The notes under the pieces are model-generated. The model was not told where the DNA came from and made no database searches. It saw only the letters and a program-made list of their open reading frames with translations. A stretch of 44,987 bases of DNA from a virus (Duplodnaviria > Caudoviricetes). Below, in pieces: positions 17,668 through 25,763 of the stretch. The position numbers were made by a program, and so were the translations under genes. Position 1 is the first letter of the stretch. Each line of letters opens with the position of its first letter. The DNA is taken from positions 1-44,987 of IMG/VR virus record IMGVR_UViG_3300049924_000088; one strand, given 5' to 3'.

Positions 17668-17794
17668 AATTTCTCCCCTCAACTCTGAGCCGGACCAACG
17701 GGGGCTAAGCACCGTGCCTCACCCCCGGTCCGACGATCCTACTGGCATCGCTGCCATCTACCGCGTCAATGCGGCTCCTCGTCCTGTCGATCCT

Positions 17795-17911
17795 TCAATT
17801 GCACATTAAATAGATTGCCCAAATCGTCGTCGCAACTATGATTGCTCCGAGTGAAACGCCGACAAATACGCCGCCATTGCAATCGTCGTTGTCGTGCCAA
17901 TCGTAGTTCAT
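17795..17911 (-). CDS. small membrane protein
   Basis: MNYDWHD..TM helix; GGAGG RBS. Confidence 0.5.
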   Translation of the reverse strand: MNYDWHDNDDCNGGVFVGVSLGAIIVATTIWAIYLMCN

Positions 17912-17912
17912 G

Positions 17913-18146
17913 TCAATTTCCTCCGAGAATAGCACCGCAGCAGTTGCATCCATAAGCCAAGTTGTCATCCCATAGATCACGACTGCCGCAGTGTGCGCAT
18001 CTGCCGGTATGGTGACCCACTGGTTCAGTGTGCGGATTGTTTGTGCGCCGCATGTTTGCAAGCTGTTCTTGGTCTATTTCTTTCGACCTAAAAATGCACC
18101 GATTTTCGTGTAGGTCAACATAGGCTCGCTGCTCGTCGTTAGCCAT
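17913..18146 (-). CDS. Zn-ribbon protein
   Basis: CAHCGS.DLWDD..YGCNCCG. Confidence 0.55.
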   Translation of the reverse strand: MANDEQRAYVDLHENRCIFRSKEIDQEQLANMRRTNNPHTEPVGHHTGRCAHCGSRDLWDDNLAYGCNCCGAILGGN

Positions 18147-18348
18147 GTTTCGCAGTCCTCATCAATTCGCGTGCTTTTGCAACCACCCGCGCCGCATCGA
18201 GCCAACTAAAATCAAGCCGACTCGATACAGCAAATTTGCCGACCTGTTTACACAAGAGAGGAAACGTGCAGTCGGTGAAATGAAATGCGTAACAGTGATT
18301 AGATTTTGTCGCATAGCAAAATTTGTGCGTTGTGCCGATGCGGTTCAT
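18139..18348 (-). CDS. hypothetical protein
   Basis: G.FA....L.FSW.DAA motif, remembered from Planctomycetota hypotheticals. Confidence 0.55.
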   Translation of the reverse strand: MNRIGTTHKFCYATKSNHCYAFHFTDCTFPLLCKQVGKFAVSSRLDFSWLDAARVVAKARELMRTAKHG

Positions 18349-18728
18349 GCTGTGATCTCCGGATCATTGTTGCGTTGCACAAACCACCGCACTGCATCGC
18401 GAAACCAATAGAGTTGCGGATTGTAGTTCTTGCCTTGCTTGACCTTAAACGTGTTGTGGTCAAGCTTTTGCAAAAAGTAATCCGTATCATCCACCGCGCC
18501 GCGACACCACGGAAGCATGTCGTACGCTCGCGTAACGACAAACGTTGACAGGTCTCCCGTAAAAATTAGGTGGCCTGGAATTGTAGTTATTACGAAAGCA
18601 TATGTGCCGCTGTCTTGTCGACCACAAATCCAAGAGCGGTAGATGTCCTGTGCCAATACTTGGGTAATCTTGTGCTCCGCGAAACATCGGTCGCTCATTT
18701 CGCGAATACGTTGCTCCATCGCGTTCAT
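18345..18728 (-). CDS. hypothetical protein
   Basis: PGHL.FTGD motif; ATGA overlaps. Confidence 0.6.
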   Translation of the reverse strand: MNAMEQRIREMSDRCFAEHKITQVLAQDIYRSWICGRQDSGTYAFVITTIPGHLIFTGDLSTFVVTRAYDMLPWCRGAVDDTDYFLQKLDHNTFKVKQGKNYNPQLYWFRDAVRWFVQRNNDPEITA

Positions 18729-18970
18729 TTCTGCATCCTCCGAGCACGTTCAGCCATCATCGCCTCAGCAACGCCGAAAGCATGTTCGGCTATCTTGGAA
18801 TAATCCGATTGCGTTGAGCCATACGAATACCGAACAAAATCTATTGACGCCAGCGCTTGCCCAGCAAACCAATCGAGCAATGTCATGCCGGTAAATTCGT
18901 GTGCGCTACCTTGCGTTGGAAAAGCAAATCCGCCGCTAGTGTCGCTGTTGTCAGATGTTTCGTCGCTCAT
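18725..18970 (-). CDS. conserved phage protein (GG.AFP..GMTL.D.FA.QAL family)
   Basis: Motif recognition. Confidence 0.7.
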   Translation of the reverse strand: MSDETSDNSDTSGGFAFPTQGSAHEFTGMTLLDWFAGQALASIDFVRYSYGSTQSDYSKIAEHAFGVAEAMMAERARRMQK

Positions 18971-19200
18971 AATTTCAACTCCACCACAAAGCAAACATAC
19001 GATTCGTTACCCTCGCAGCTAGTCCATGCTGCTAGTTCGCTGTCCCACCGCACCGCAGCGTTACCGTGCACTTGCAAAAAATACGCCTTCTCAAATCGAT
19101 CGACAAACATGCGAGTCCGTGGCCCGCGTCGTGTGACCTTGATTCGCTCGATTCGGTCTACGCTGATGTCGCGCAGGATGTTGGTTGTTGTTGTGCTCAT
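18967..19200 (-). CDS. hypothetical protein
   Basis: GAGGACAAA RBS before MSTTTT. Confidence 0.55.
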   Translation of the reverse strand: MSTTTTNILRDISVDRIERIKVTRRGPRTRMFVDRFEKAYFLQVHGNAAVRWDSELAAWTSCEGNESYVCFVVELKL

Positions 19201-19324
19201 TTTGTCCTCGCGAAATGTTTGCCAGCGAATGGTTGCGTTGTTGTACCAGGTTTCCACGATTCACCTCAATTGTAAGAGAGCTGGCAGAGCCCCAACGGTT
19301 GCCAGCACACCGTCCCGCCAAGGA

Positions 19325-19513
19325 CTACAGCCCTGCGACTCGGTGGTACCGCTGCAGCGTTGCCGCCGACTTGCGAGCGTCGCGACCCATCCGGTCGATG
19401 CGCAGCGATTGTGCGACTTGCAGTCGATAAGACGATCCACGGACGCATTCGTCAGGTGTGCGTGCGAGTCGTAGCAGATGGACGGTAAGGATAGCTTTGG
19501 TTGTCGGTTTCAT
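19325..19513 (-). CDS. 62-aa basic hypothetical protein
   Basis: GAGGACAAATT-ATG leader; Arg/Lys-rich. Confidence 0.6.
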   Translation of the reverse strand: MKPTTKAILTVHLLRLARTPDECVRGSSYRLQVAQSLRIDRMGRDARKSAATLQRYHRVAGL

Positions 19514-19545
19514 AATTTGTCCTCATTGGCGGAAAGGTTAGTTTT

Positions 19546-19603
19546 GGCCTGCCTCATCAGTGTGCGTAGGCCGGATCGCACAGAGCCCCGTAGGGCTTTC
19601 GGC
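19546..19603 (-). ncRNA. type II hammerhead ribozyme
   Basis: GCC GAAA GCCC-UACG-GGGC UC | UGUGCG-AUCCGGCCUA-CGCACA CUGAUGA GGC AGGCC: full core, stems I-III, loop I GGCCU pairs with 3' AGGCC. Confidence 0.93.
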
Positions 19604-20064
19604 TATAGGGCACGCAGACCGGCCGCCAGCTGATCATTGCCGCATTCCTCAGCAGCATCGGCTAGCACGTCGATCGGAGTATCTGACGACATGCCCAATG
19701 CACTCGCACGCTCCAGTAGGCTATCAACACGAGCGTATAGGTTAGGTGACAACTCGCCCGTTGGCGGAACCCATGCTGATCTGCGGCCAAATCCAGTTGA
19801 GCCTTTTTTTGCGCTAGTCGTAATGATGTACGTCCACGCCACCCCATCACTGTCGCGCCACACGACAGCAGCGGTAGCGTAAGCGTCATATCCGTAGCTG
19901 TTGGGCACATGGCCTGCGTGCAAAAATACGTGCTGACCCGATAGCAATTCTTCTGCCGCTCGATTAATCTGCTCAATCGTCATAATGCGCTTGCGACGAC
20001 TACCATTAGCGCGACGTAGTAAAGTTGCGACTGATACGCGTTGTTCTGTTGTTGCTACTGTCAT
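19603..20064 (-). CDS. hypothetical early protein
   Basis: AGGA RBS; C-terminal P..VLADAAEE.G resembles a TIGR02996-like motif. Confidence 0.65.
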   Translation of the reverse strand: MTVATTEQRVSVATLLRRANGSRRKRIMTIEQINRAAEELLSGQHVFLHAGHVPNSYGYDAYATAAVVWRDSDGVAWTYIITTSAKKGSTGFGRRSAWVPPTGELSPNLYARVDSLLERASALGMSSDTPIDVLADAAEECGNDQLAAGLRAL

Positions 20065-20126
20065 AATTCTGTCCTTTGGCGGAAAGGTGTTGCGTCAACT
20101 GCGATGTGCGATTGACTACGTACATA

Positions 20127-20154
20127 AGTATTGCAGATATCGACCGCGTGTCAA
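20127..20154 (-). promoter_or_regulatory. sigma70-type early promoter
   Basis: TTGACA-16 nt-AATACT with extended -10 TG, in an AT-rich gap. Confidence 0.65.
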
Positions 20155-20209
20155 CAATAATTTACAGAATCGGGATCCGTTTTCCCGGAATTTTCAGAAA
20201 AGCCTTATT

Positions 20210-20425
20210 TTACTTGGCTTTTTTCGCAGAAGTTTTTTTGCAAATCAGCTTGATTTCGCCGCCACAAGCCTGCGCAAGACGGGTCGCAAGAGCCAGCGAC
20301 GGGTCTTTTTCGCGCTTGGCCACAGCGTAGACGGTCTGTCTGCTGCAATCGGCCTGCTCAGCGATTGCGATTGCGGTTGATTTGCCGCTGGAGATAGTGC
20401 GTGTAATTAGCTCTGGTAGTTGCAT
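20210..20425 (-). CDS. XRE (Cro/CI) helix-turn-helix regulator
   Basis: IAEQADCSRQTVYAV...KDPSLALATRLAQACG. Confidence 0.8.
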   Translation of the reverse strand: MQLPELITRTISSGKSTAIAIAEQADCSRQTVYAVAKREKDPSLALATRLAQACGGEIKLICKKTSAKKAK

Positions 20426-20432
20426 GTCATTT

Positions 20433-20461
20433 ATCGTACACACTTGACGCTACAATTACAA
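20433..20461 (-). promoter_or_regulatory. putative promoter giving a leaderless repressor mRNA
   Basis: TTGTAA-17 nt-TACGAT, then 7 nt to ATG; no RBS. Confidence 0.45.
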
Positions 20462-20465
20462 TGTG

Positions 20466-20798
20466 CTATTCGCGCGTGCTGAACTGATCGCAGCCACGGC
20501 AACAGCGAAAGTTTTCGCCAGTCAGTATCGTGCCATGGAAATCGGCAAACTCTAGTGGCTGCTTGTTGCCGCAATAGATTTGCAAGAGATTGCAGCGGTA
20601 GATTGCGCCGCATGCACACGATGCTTGGCCGAGATGCTCGCCGCGATGTTGACATATTTGAGGCGGTGGCAATGTAGGTCCGCGCCATTGCTCATATCCC
20701 TCTGGTATCTCCAATTGAGTGCCGCATGAGCAATAAAACGGTGGCCTAAGTTTCGTTGGTGGATTCAACTGCAAATGGCAATGCGTACACTCAATCAC
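20466..20798 (-). CDS. Cys-rich protein at the end of the tail module
   Basis: Many CxxC/CxC motifs. Confidence 0.6.
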   Translation of the reverse strand: MIECTHCHLQLNPPTKLRPPFYCSCGTQLEIPEGYEQWRGPTLPPPQICQHRGEHLGQASCACGAIYRCNLLQIYCGNKQPLEFADFHGTILTGENFRCCRGCDQFSTRE

Positions 20799-21565
20799 GC
20801 TAGGCTCACATCTACATCACAGAGCCACGATACCGGAGTTAGTCCGCATGGAGTGTAAGTACCTGGTATCGTTGCATCGCAGTCCACTTGGCTTACGTTT
20901 GTACCTAACAGCTTTTGGTAAAGCTGCATATCAGCACAATCAGATGGATCAGTTACCGTGTAGCTGATTCCCAAAATAGCGTAGACATTTGCGAGGTTCA
21001 TACCAGCACAATCACCTTGTTGCACCTTCAAATAAATACGCCATGGTCTACGCACGTATTGATGGGGAAACGTACCGCAGATAAGTTGTCCTCCGAACGG
21101 CCCGCCAGTCCATTCGCAACCACTGCCCGTCACAGTGAACGAACCATCGAACTCCGCACATCGGCCAACTACGTCATCATGATCGCAATCACACTCATCA
21201 TGCAATGCTTGGTTGGCAAACGTCACTGTGTAGCTAGTGCTGTTTGTGCCCGATTGACACTTCGAGCAATTACCGCCTGTGCAACTATCGGCAACCAGAC
21301 ATTGAGTAGTACCACACGCATTAGTTGCATACAGCACGTAGTTCCGACATGCACCGCCGACGATGTAGAAGTTTGTGTAGTTCAGTGCAGTGGAAATCAT
21401 GTTGCCGAGGTTGTCATAGATCGCTACTGAATTGGCGCCTGTCGTTGTCCAAGTAAGTGTAATGTCTGACCCTGGTGTGCCACCGCTTGCAACGATAGTC
21501 AGTGTGCACGTAGGAGGATCAGTACAACAGCAACCGCAATTCCCGCTCGGTCCAAACCAGCCCAT
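20795..21565 (-). CDS. Cys-rich putative tail tip protein
   Basis: CGCCC N-terminus, TLTWTT..A..V.I Ig-like segment. Confidence 0.6.
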   Translation of the reverse strand: MGWFGPSGNCGCCCTDPPTCTLTIVASGGTPGSDITLTWTTTGANSVAIYDNLGNMISTALNYTNFYIVGGACRNYVLYATNACGTTQCLVADSCTGGNCSKCQSGTNSTSYTVTFANQALHDECDCDHDDVVGRCAEFDGSFTVTGSGCEWTGGPFGGQLICGTFPHQYVRRPWRIYLKVQQGDCAGMNLANVYAILGISYTVTDPSDCADMQLYQKLLGTNVSQVDCDATIPGTYTPCGLTPVSWLCDVDVSLA

Positions 21566-21574
21566 GAATCACTC

Positions 21575-22276
21575 CTACGCAGGACATGCCGCTTGAATGA
21601 CCCAATACTTACCGTCTTGATACAGACACAAGCCCGCAGCGTTAACAGCCGTCAGCGTTGCAAAGATGCCGACTGGATCGCGCACAGTGTCATCGATGCC
21701 CGTGTCTGTGCCATCCATCTCGAGTATATCAGCGTCAGCCGTTCCATCTGCCAGCGACTCGTTGAGCGTGAATCGATAGAGCCTTGCAACGTCGTCACGC
21801 ACGACACGAAAAACATCGGTAGCGATTGCATCTTCACCGACCACGACATATGGCCCGGCACCTTTGGTCAAGTAGTACTGACTAGTCGTCACTGCCCAGC
21901 GATTGCCCAGCGTAACCGTGCCAGTGCTTTTATACACACGATAGATTGGGCCAGTCTGTGCCGCGCCGTAGCCGTTGGCTTCAATTGCTGCATGGCCATT
22001 GAACAGAAATAGAGTACCGCTAGATGTTGGCTTTTTTACCTTGACATACCGCCGCAAATCATCGCTAGGCCCCTCGCTCACCATGCCGTCTACTTGCATG
22101 CAGCCATATGCCGGGATGATGGACGACTCGGTGTTTTTGACCGGCGTACCCGTGAAATCGGTACGTATCTGTTCGCGCTTGCTGTCCAGTTCGTTGAATC
22201 CACGGCGACGAAAGTAGCGGATGATTGCCGCTAGTTCTTGTATCTCGCGCTCGCCAAATTGTGACAGATCGACCAT
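21575..22276 (-). CDS. putative minor tail protein
   Basis: Position after the tape measure gene; beta-rich. Confidence 0.55.
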   Translation of the reverse strand: MVDLSQFGEREIQELAAIIRYFRRRGFNELDSKREQIRTDFTGTPVKNTESSIIPAYGCMQVDGMVSEGPSDDLRRYVKVKKPTSSGTLFLFNGHAAIEANGYGAAQTGPIYRVYKSTGTVTLGNRWAVTTSQYYLTKGAGPYVVVGEDAIATDVFRVVRDDVARLYRFTLNESLADGTADADILEMDGTDTGIDDTVRDPVGIFATLTAVNAAGLCLYQDGKYWVIQAACPA

Positions 22277-22638
22277 TACGACTCCAGCGCATAAACAACT
22301 ACCTTGCAGGCGGCCGTATTAGCTTTCAGGTAAAGAGTCGACCCAGGGTTCAATCGAAACTGTGCAGTCTCGCCAGCACGCATGCGACCGCCATAGACGC
22401 CCGTTGCAAAGCCCCATTCCACGTAGTTGGTCGCGTCAAGGTTTTGCATGATGAGCCAGCCCAGCGTTGACAGTTCGCCAAATGCAATTGACTCTTCGCT
22501 CGTACCGATTGTCACGTAACCGGGTGTTGGTCCACCGACGCCGGTTTGCGTTACGCTCAGTGCTGGGGGCGCGTGCACAAAATTTAGATTGCCGTTGAGC
22601 ACCCGAAGCGAATTCTGAACAGTGATTTCATTGGCCAT
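22276..22638 (-). CDS. putative minor tail protein
   Basis: Position; NLDATNYVE..G..LKANTAAC beta-sandwich pattern. Confidence 0.55.
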   Translation of the reverse strand: MANEITVQNSLRVLNGNLNFVHAPPALSVTQTGVGGPTPGYVTIGTSEESIAFGELSTLGWLIMQNLDATNYVEWGFATGVYGGRMRAGETAQFRLNPGSTLYLKANTAACKVVVYALES

Positions 22639-23732
22639 TAGAATAATCCCAATCCCGCGTATGGTAGCGAGTAAACTTTTTTCTTGCGTTCAATCCAGAT
22701 AGCAGCGTTAGGGTTCAGTTCGCGCGACCCGTCTAGCTTCAAACAAACTGGCCTTGGTTCAGGTTGCTCTAGCCCATCGGTAGCACGCACTAGCCTGGAC
22801 GTGTATCCACTGCCGCCCGCGCCGACTGATACACTTGTTACGCGACCGCCTGATACGGTAGCCGTTGCGCTAGCGCCGGTTCCACCTGTGTCCGATGTAA
22901 TTGTGACGGTCGGTGCACTTGTGTAATCACGCCCGCCATAGGTAACAATGATGCCGTTAATTACACCACCTGCTATCGTTGCAAATCCGGTAGCCTGTGC
23001 AGTTGCACCGCCGCCTGAAAATGTGATGCGTGTTCCTGTGCGTACGTTCATTCCGTCATTGCGGTATCTGTGCCACCATGCACGCGCCGGTATTGTCAAA
23101 TAGGGTACGCGAAAATCGATTACCGCTGTGACGTCGTAGTATAGCCCCGCACCAGTGCCAACAGTCGGCGCAGTAAACGTACGAAGCGCTCCGGTACCGA
23201 TAGGCCAAATTGAATCTGGTGAGCCGAACGGGTCGGAGTTAGTCGAGTCTAGATAGTTGGCCAGTGCATACGTATTGATCGCAGCGAATGAGCGATTGAC
23301 GGTCAGCGTGAAGTCGGAAACCTCTTTCGTGAAACCTTCCTTGATTTCTCCGTTACTGTTCACAAATGGCAGGCCGTCTGCGTCGGTATCGATTGGCTCC
23401 ACAGTAATCGAGTTGCTCCACGTCCACGATACTGGCACCGTCGACGGATCGTTGCTCGTACCGACCTCGCCTTGCCATTCTGCTACGACGATAGAAAGGT
23501 TTGGGCCAACTGGTTCCCGCCGCGTGCGAATGCAGAAGACGCCGAACTTGCCCGGGAAGATATCGCGTGTGCGTGGTAGCGAACTTGCCAGTAGTATCGT
23601 ATCCTCGCTATCGTCTGCCGCATGCACAACCTGATACGCAGTTGTTGCCGAAAACGTTTCCGTCTTGCCGTCCTGTGACTCATAGCCAGCGTTACGACGC
23701 GACCACATTTCCGTTACGCTTGTGACTGTCAT
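22638..23732 (-). CDS. putative distal tail/hub protein
   Basis: First gene after the tape measure; internal GG..YTSAPTVTI insertion. Confidence 0.55.
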   Translation of the reverse strand: MTVTSVTEMWSRRNAGYESQDGKTETFSATTAYQVVHAADDSEDTILLASSLPRTRDIFPGKFGVFCIRTRREPVGPNLSIVVAEWQGEVGTSNDPSTVPVSWTWSNSITVEPIDTDADGLPFVNSNGEIKEGFTKEVSDFTLTVNRSFAAINTYALANYLDSTNSDPFGSPDSIWPIGTGALRTFTAPTVGTGAGLYYDVTAVIDFRVPYLTIPARAWWHRYRNDGMNVRTGTRITFSGGGATAQATGFATIAGGVINGIIVTYGGRDYTSAPTVTITSDTGGTGASATATVSGGRVTSVSVGAGGSGYTSRLVRATDGLEQPEPRPVCLKLDGSRELNPNAAIWIERKKKVYSLPYAGLGLF

Positions 23733-25117
23733 GGCACCACCAACGTCTTTAGAATGATGCCACGTTCTTTCTGTCTGCGGTACAGTTCATCGGCTTTGAG
23801 CTGATCTTGTGCCACTCGTACAAGTTGTTTGATTTGTGCGAGTATCTGAGTCTGTGGGTCGCCACCAGTGCCACGCGTTAGCAATCGGCCTTGCGTAGCT
23901 TGCTGTGGTGACGTGTCAACTTGCTTGTCTTGCTGCTTGGCTGCTTTGGCTTCATCCTGCCTTAGCAATTCTTCTTGCCGTGCCAACCGTTCGGCCGTAG
24001 CCTTGGATAGTCCTTCTTGTTCCAGCCTATAGGCTGCCGCTGCCTCTTTGCCCTTCACAAGTTCAATCCGACGTGCCTCTAAATCCGTTACACGTTTCTT
24101 TTCCAAGTCTGCTATCCGCTTGACTGCATCCTCTTCTTGCTTTGCTTGCTGCTCGGCTTCGACTTCCGCCTTTTTTCGTTCCTCAGCCTGTGCCCTCAAT
24201 GCTTCGCGTTCCCGCAAGAGCTGTTCGGCCTTACCCTGATCTTTTGGCAATGCATTACGCTGTGCCTCAAGCTTTAGCTGCTCGTCTTTCGTGGCACGCA
24301 GCATTTCATTTTCCGCCCGCAATCCCTCTATAAAAGCTTGGCTCTTATCAGCCAATGAGTTTTCTTGCTTGCGAGCTTCAATGGCTTTTGCTCGCTCGCT
24401 GGTCATTGCTCGCAGCGCAGCCGCTTCACCGTCCAGCGAATCGCGAATTGCTCGCAAACTGTCGAGCTGGCTATTGGCCGCGTCCAGATCTTCTTTCGCA
24501 GCAGTTTTGAATAGTGCTGAACCAAGAGCCTTTTCTTTATTGGCAACCTCTTCGCGTGCTTTGGCTAATTTGCCGTCTAGTTCCCGGGATTGCTTTTCAA
24601 GCTTTGCGGCCGCTTCATTGATTGCCTGCTCGCGTTCAGCAGGATCGCGAATAAGGCCGACGTCTTCGCGCGTCTGTGAAAACGCCTTTTGTCGTGCCGA
24701 ATCCATCGCGGTTGACATGCTAGAAAAAGCTTTGGTTGCCTCCTCAGCTTTGTGCTTTGCTAGGTCAATTTGCATCCACCACGAAGCAACCTTTTCAGCA
24801 ACACTATACGTTACCGCTGCCGCCGCCGCTGCGATACCAAGCTTGAATGCAAATACGCCAGCCGTTCCCGTTTTCGTGACCTCGGAGAATGCAGACATCT
24901 TTTCCGTGAGTCCGCCAAGTTGCGATGCAAACGCGCCAATTGCCGTGCCGCCGAATGCATTAGCTAGCGAGCCAACAACCTCTACCGATGCCTTGGTGCG
25001 GCCGCCAAACTCCTTGGCTTGCTTTGCCATACCAACGAAATTCTGCTCGACCTTTTGTAGAGTGCCGGTCGCTTTATCTTCAGCAGATACGATTATGTTT
25101 ATTGATTCGCTCGACAT
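23729..25117 (-). CDS. tail tape measure protein
   Basis: INIIVSAEDKAT N-terminus, Ala-rich helical/coiled-coil sequence, follows the chaperones. Confidence 0.8.
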   Translation of the reverse strand: MSSESINIIVSAEDKATGTLQKVEQNFVGMAKQAKEFGGRTKASVEVVGSLANAFGGTAIGAFASQLGGLTEKMSAFSEVTKTGTAGVFAFKLGIAAAAAAVTYSVAEKVASWWMQIDLAKHKAEEATKAFSSMSTAMDSARQKAFSQTREDVGLIRDPAEREQAINEAAAKLEKQSRELDGKLAKAREEVANKEKALGSALFKTAAKEDLDAANSQLDSLRAIRDSLDGEAAALRAMTSERAKAIEARKQENSLADKSQAFIEGLRAENEMLRATKDEQLKLEAQRNALPKDQGKAEQLLREREALRAQAEERKKAEVEAEQQAKQEEDAVKRIADLEKKRVTDLEARRIELVKGKEAAAAYRLEQEGLSKATAERLARQEELLRQDEAKAAKQQDKQVDTSPQQATQGRLLTRGTGGDPQTQILAQIKQLVRVAQDQLKADELYRRQKERGIILKTLVVP

Positions 25118-25413
25118 CTCTGCTCGTATTCGATCTTGGATTCTTGTCGCCTGAGAAACCTTGCAGCTTGTACAAAGCTAGATGATTGGTCCAAGCTTCC
25201 ACCAGCAACAGGTGGCATCCCCTCGTAAAACAGGTCGATCGTTTCGCAAAGTGTAACCATCCCATGCGTTTCTTCTCGTGGACAATGGACGCTTATCCGA
25301 CCGTCTGCGCACTGATCGCAGCCGTAGCCCTCGCATGTTGGGCAGTCTATTAGTAGTCCGTTTTCCTTGCACTCTTGCCCGCACCCTTGGCATACCTCGC
25401 CACAGCGAAGCAA
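25099..25413 (-). CDS. tail assembly chaperone gpT-like part (reached by -1 frameshift)
   Basis: In the -1 frame of the upstream slippery site; GMPP..GG.LDQ motif. Confidence 0.7.
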   Translation of the reverse strand: MLRCGEVCQGCGQECKENGLLIDCPTCEGYGCDQCADGRISVHCPREETHGMVTLCETIDLFYEGMPPVAGGSLDQSSSFVQAARFLRRQESKIEYEQRCRANQ

Positions 25414-25424
25414 AGCCGCAAGCG

Positions 25425-25763
25425 TTAATCTTTTTTTTCGTAATGGTCCAAGTGATTATTGGTCAGCACCGCACGCAATAGCTCTCTGGCTTCGTTGTAG
25501 CTAATCGAGTCCATCAGCCATTCCGCTGACAAAGTTCCTGTCATGTTTTCGATGCGAGTAAATACTTTCAACAGCACAGCAATGGTTGACTCAAACAGTT
25601 CTTTCGAGTTGACATCACCGAGCCACTTGTCCAGCACCTCAGCTACATCTTGCTGCAGCCGCATTGATAGCGACCTTGCGTAAAACGTAGGGCATGGCGT
25701 TTTGGCTTTGTCCGATTCAAGCACTACTGGGAACTCGCGCCCAGGCTCTAGGTAAATTGGCAT
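25425..25763 (-). CDS. tail assembly chaperone gpG-like
   Basis: Between tail tube and tape measure; ends in the slippery site. Confidence 0.75.
   Translation of the reverse strand: MPIYLEPGREFPVVLESDKAKTPCPTFYARSLSMRLQQDVAEVLDKWLGDVNSKELFESTIAVLLKVFTRIENMTGTLSAEWLMDSISYNEARELLRAVLTNNHLDHYEKKD
25431..25438 (-). other. programmed -1 frameshift slippery site
   Basis: GAA AAA AAA GAT TAA; the -1 frame continues AGA TTA ACG CTT GCG GCT TTG into 25099..25413. Confidence 0.8.

Noticed and set aside
19440-19475. Second CUGACGA preceded by CGCACAC, resembling the hammerhead core
   Set aside because: No matching GAAA or stems; lies within a coding region
24291-25154. Long plus-strand ORFs (also 11465..12163, 8465..9100, 18857..19474)
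   Set aside because: Mostly antisense shadows of minus-strand genes; no motifs or RBS
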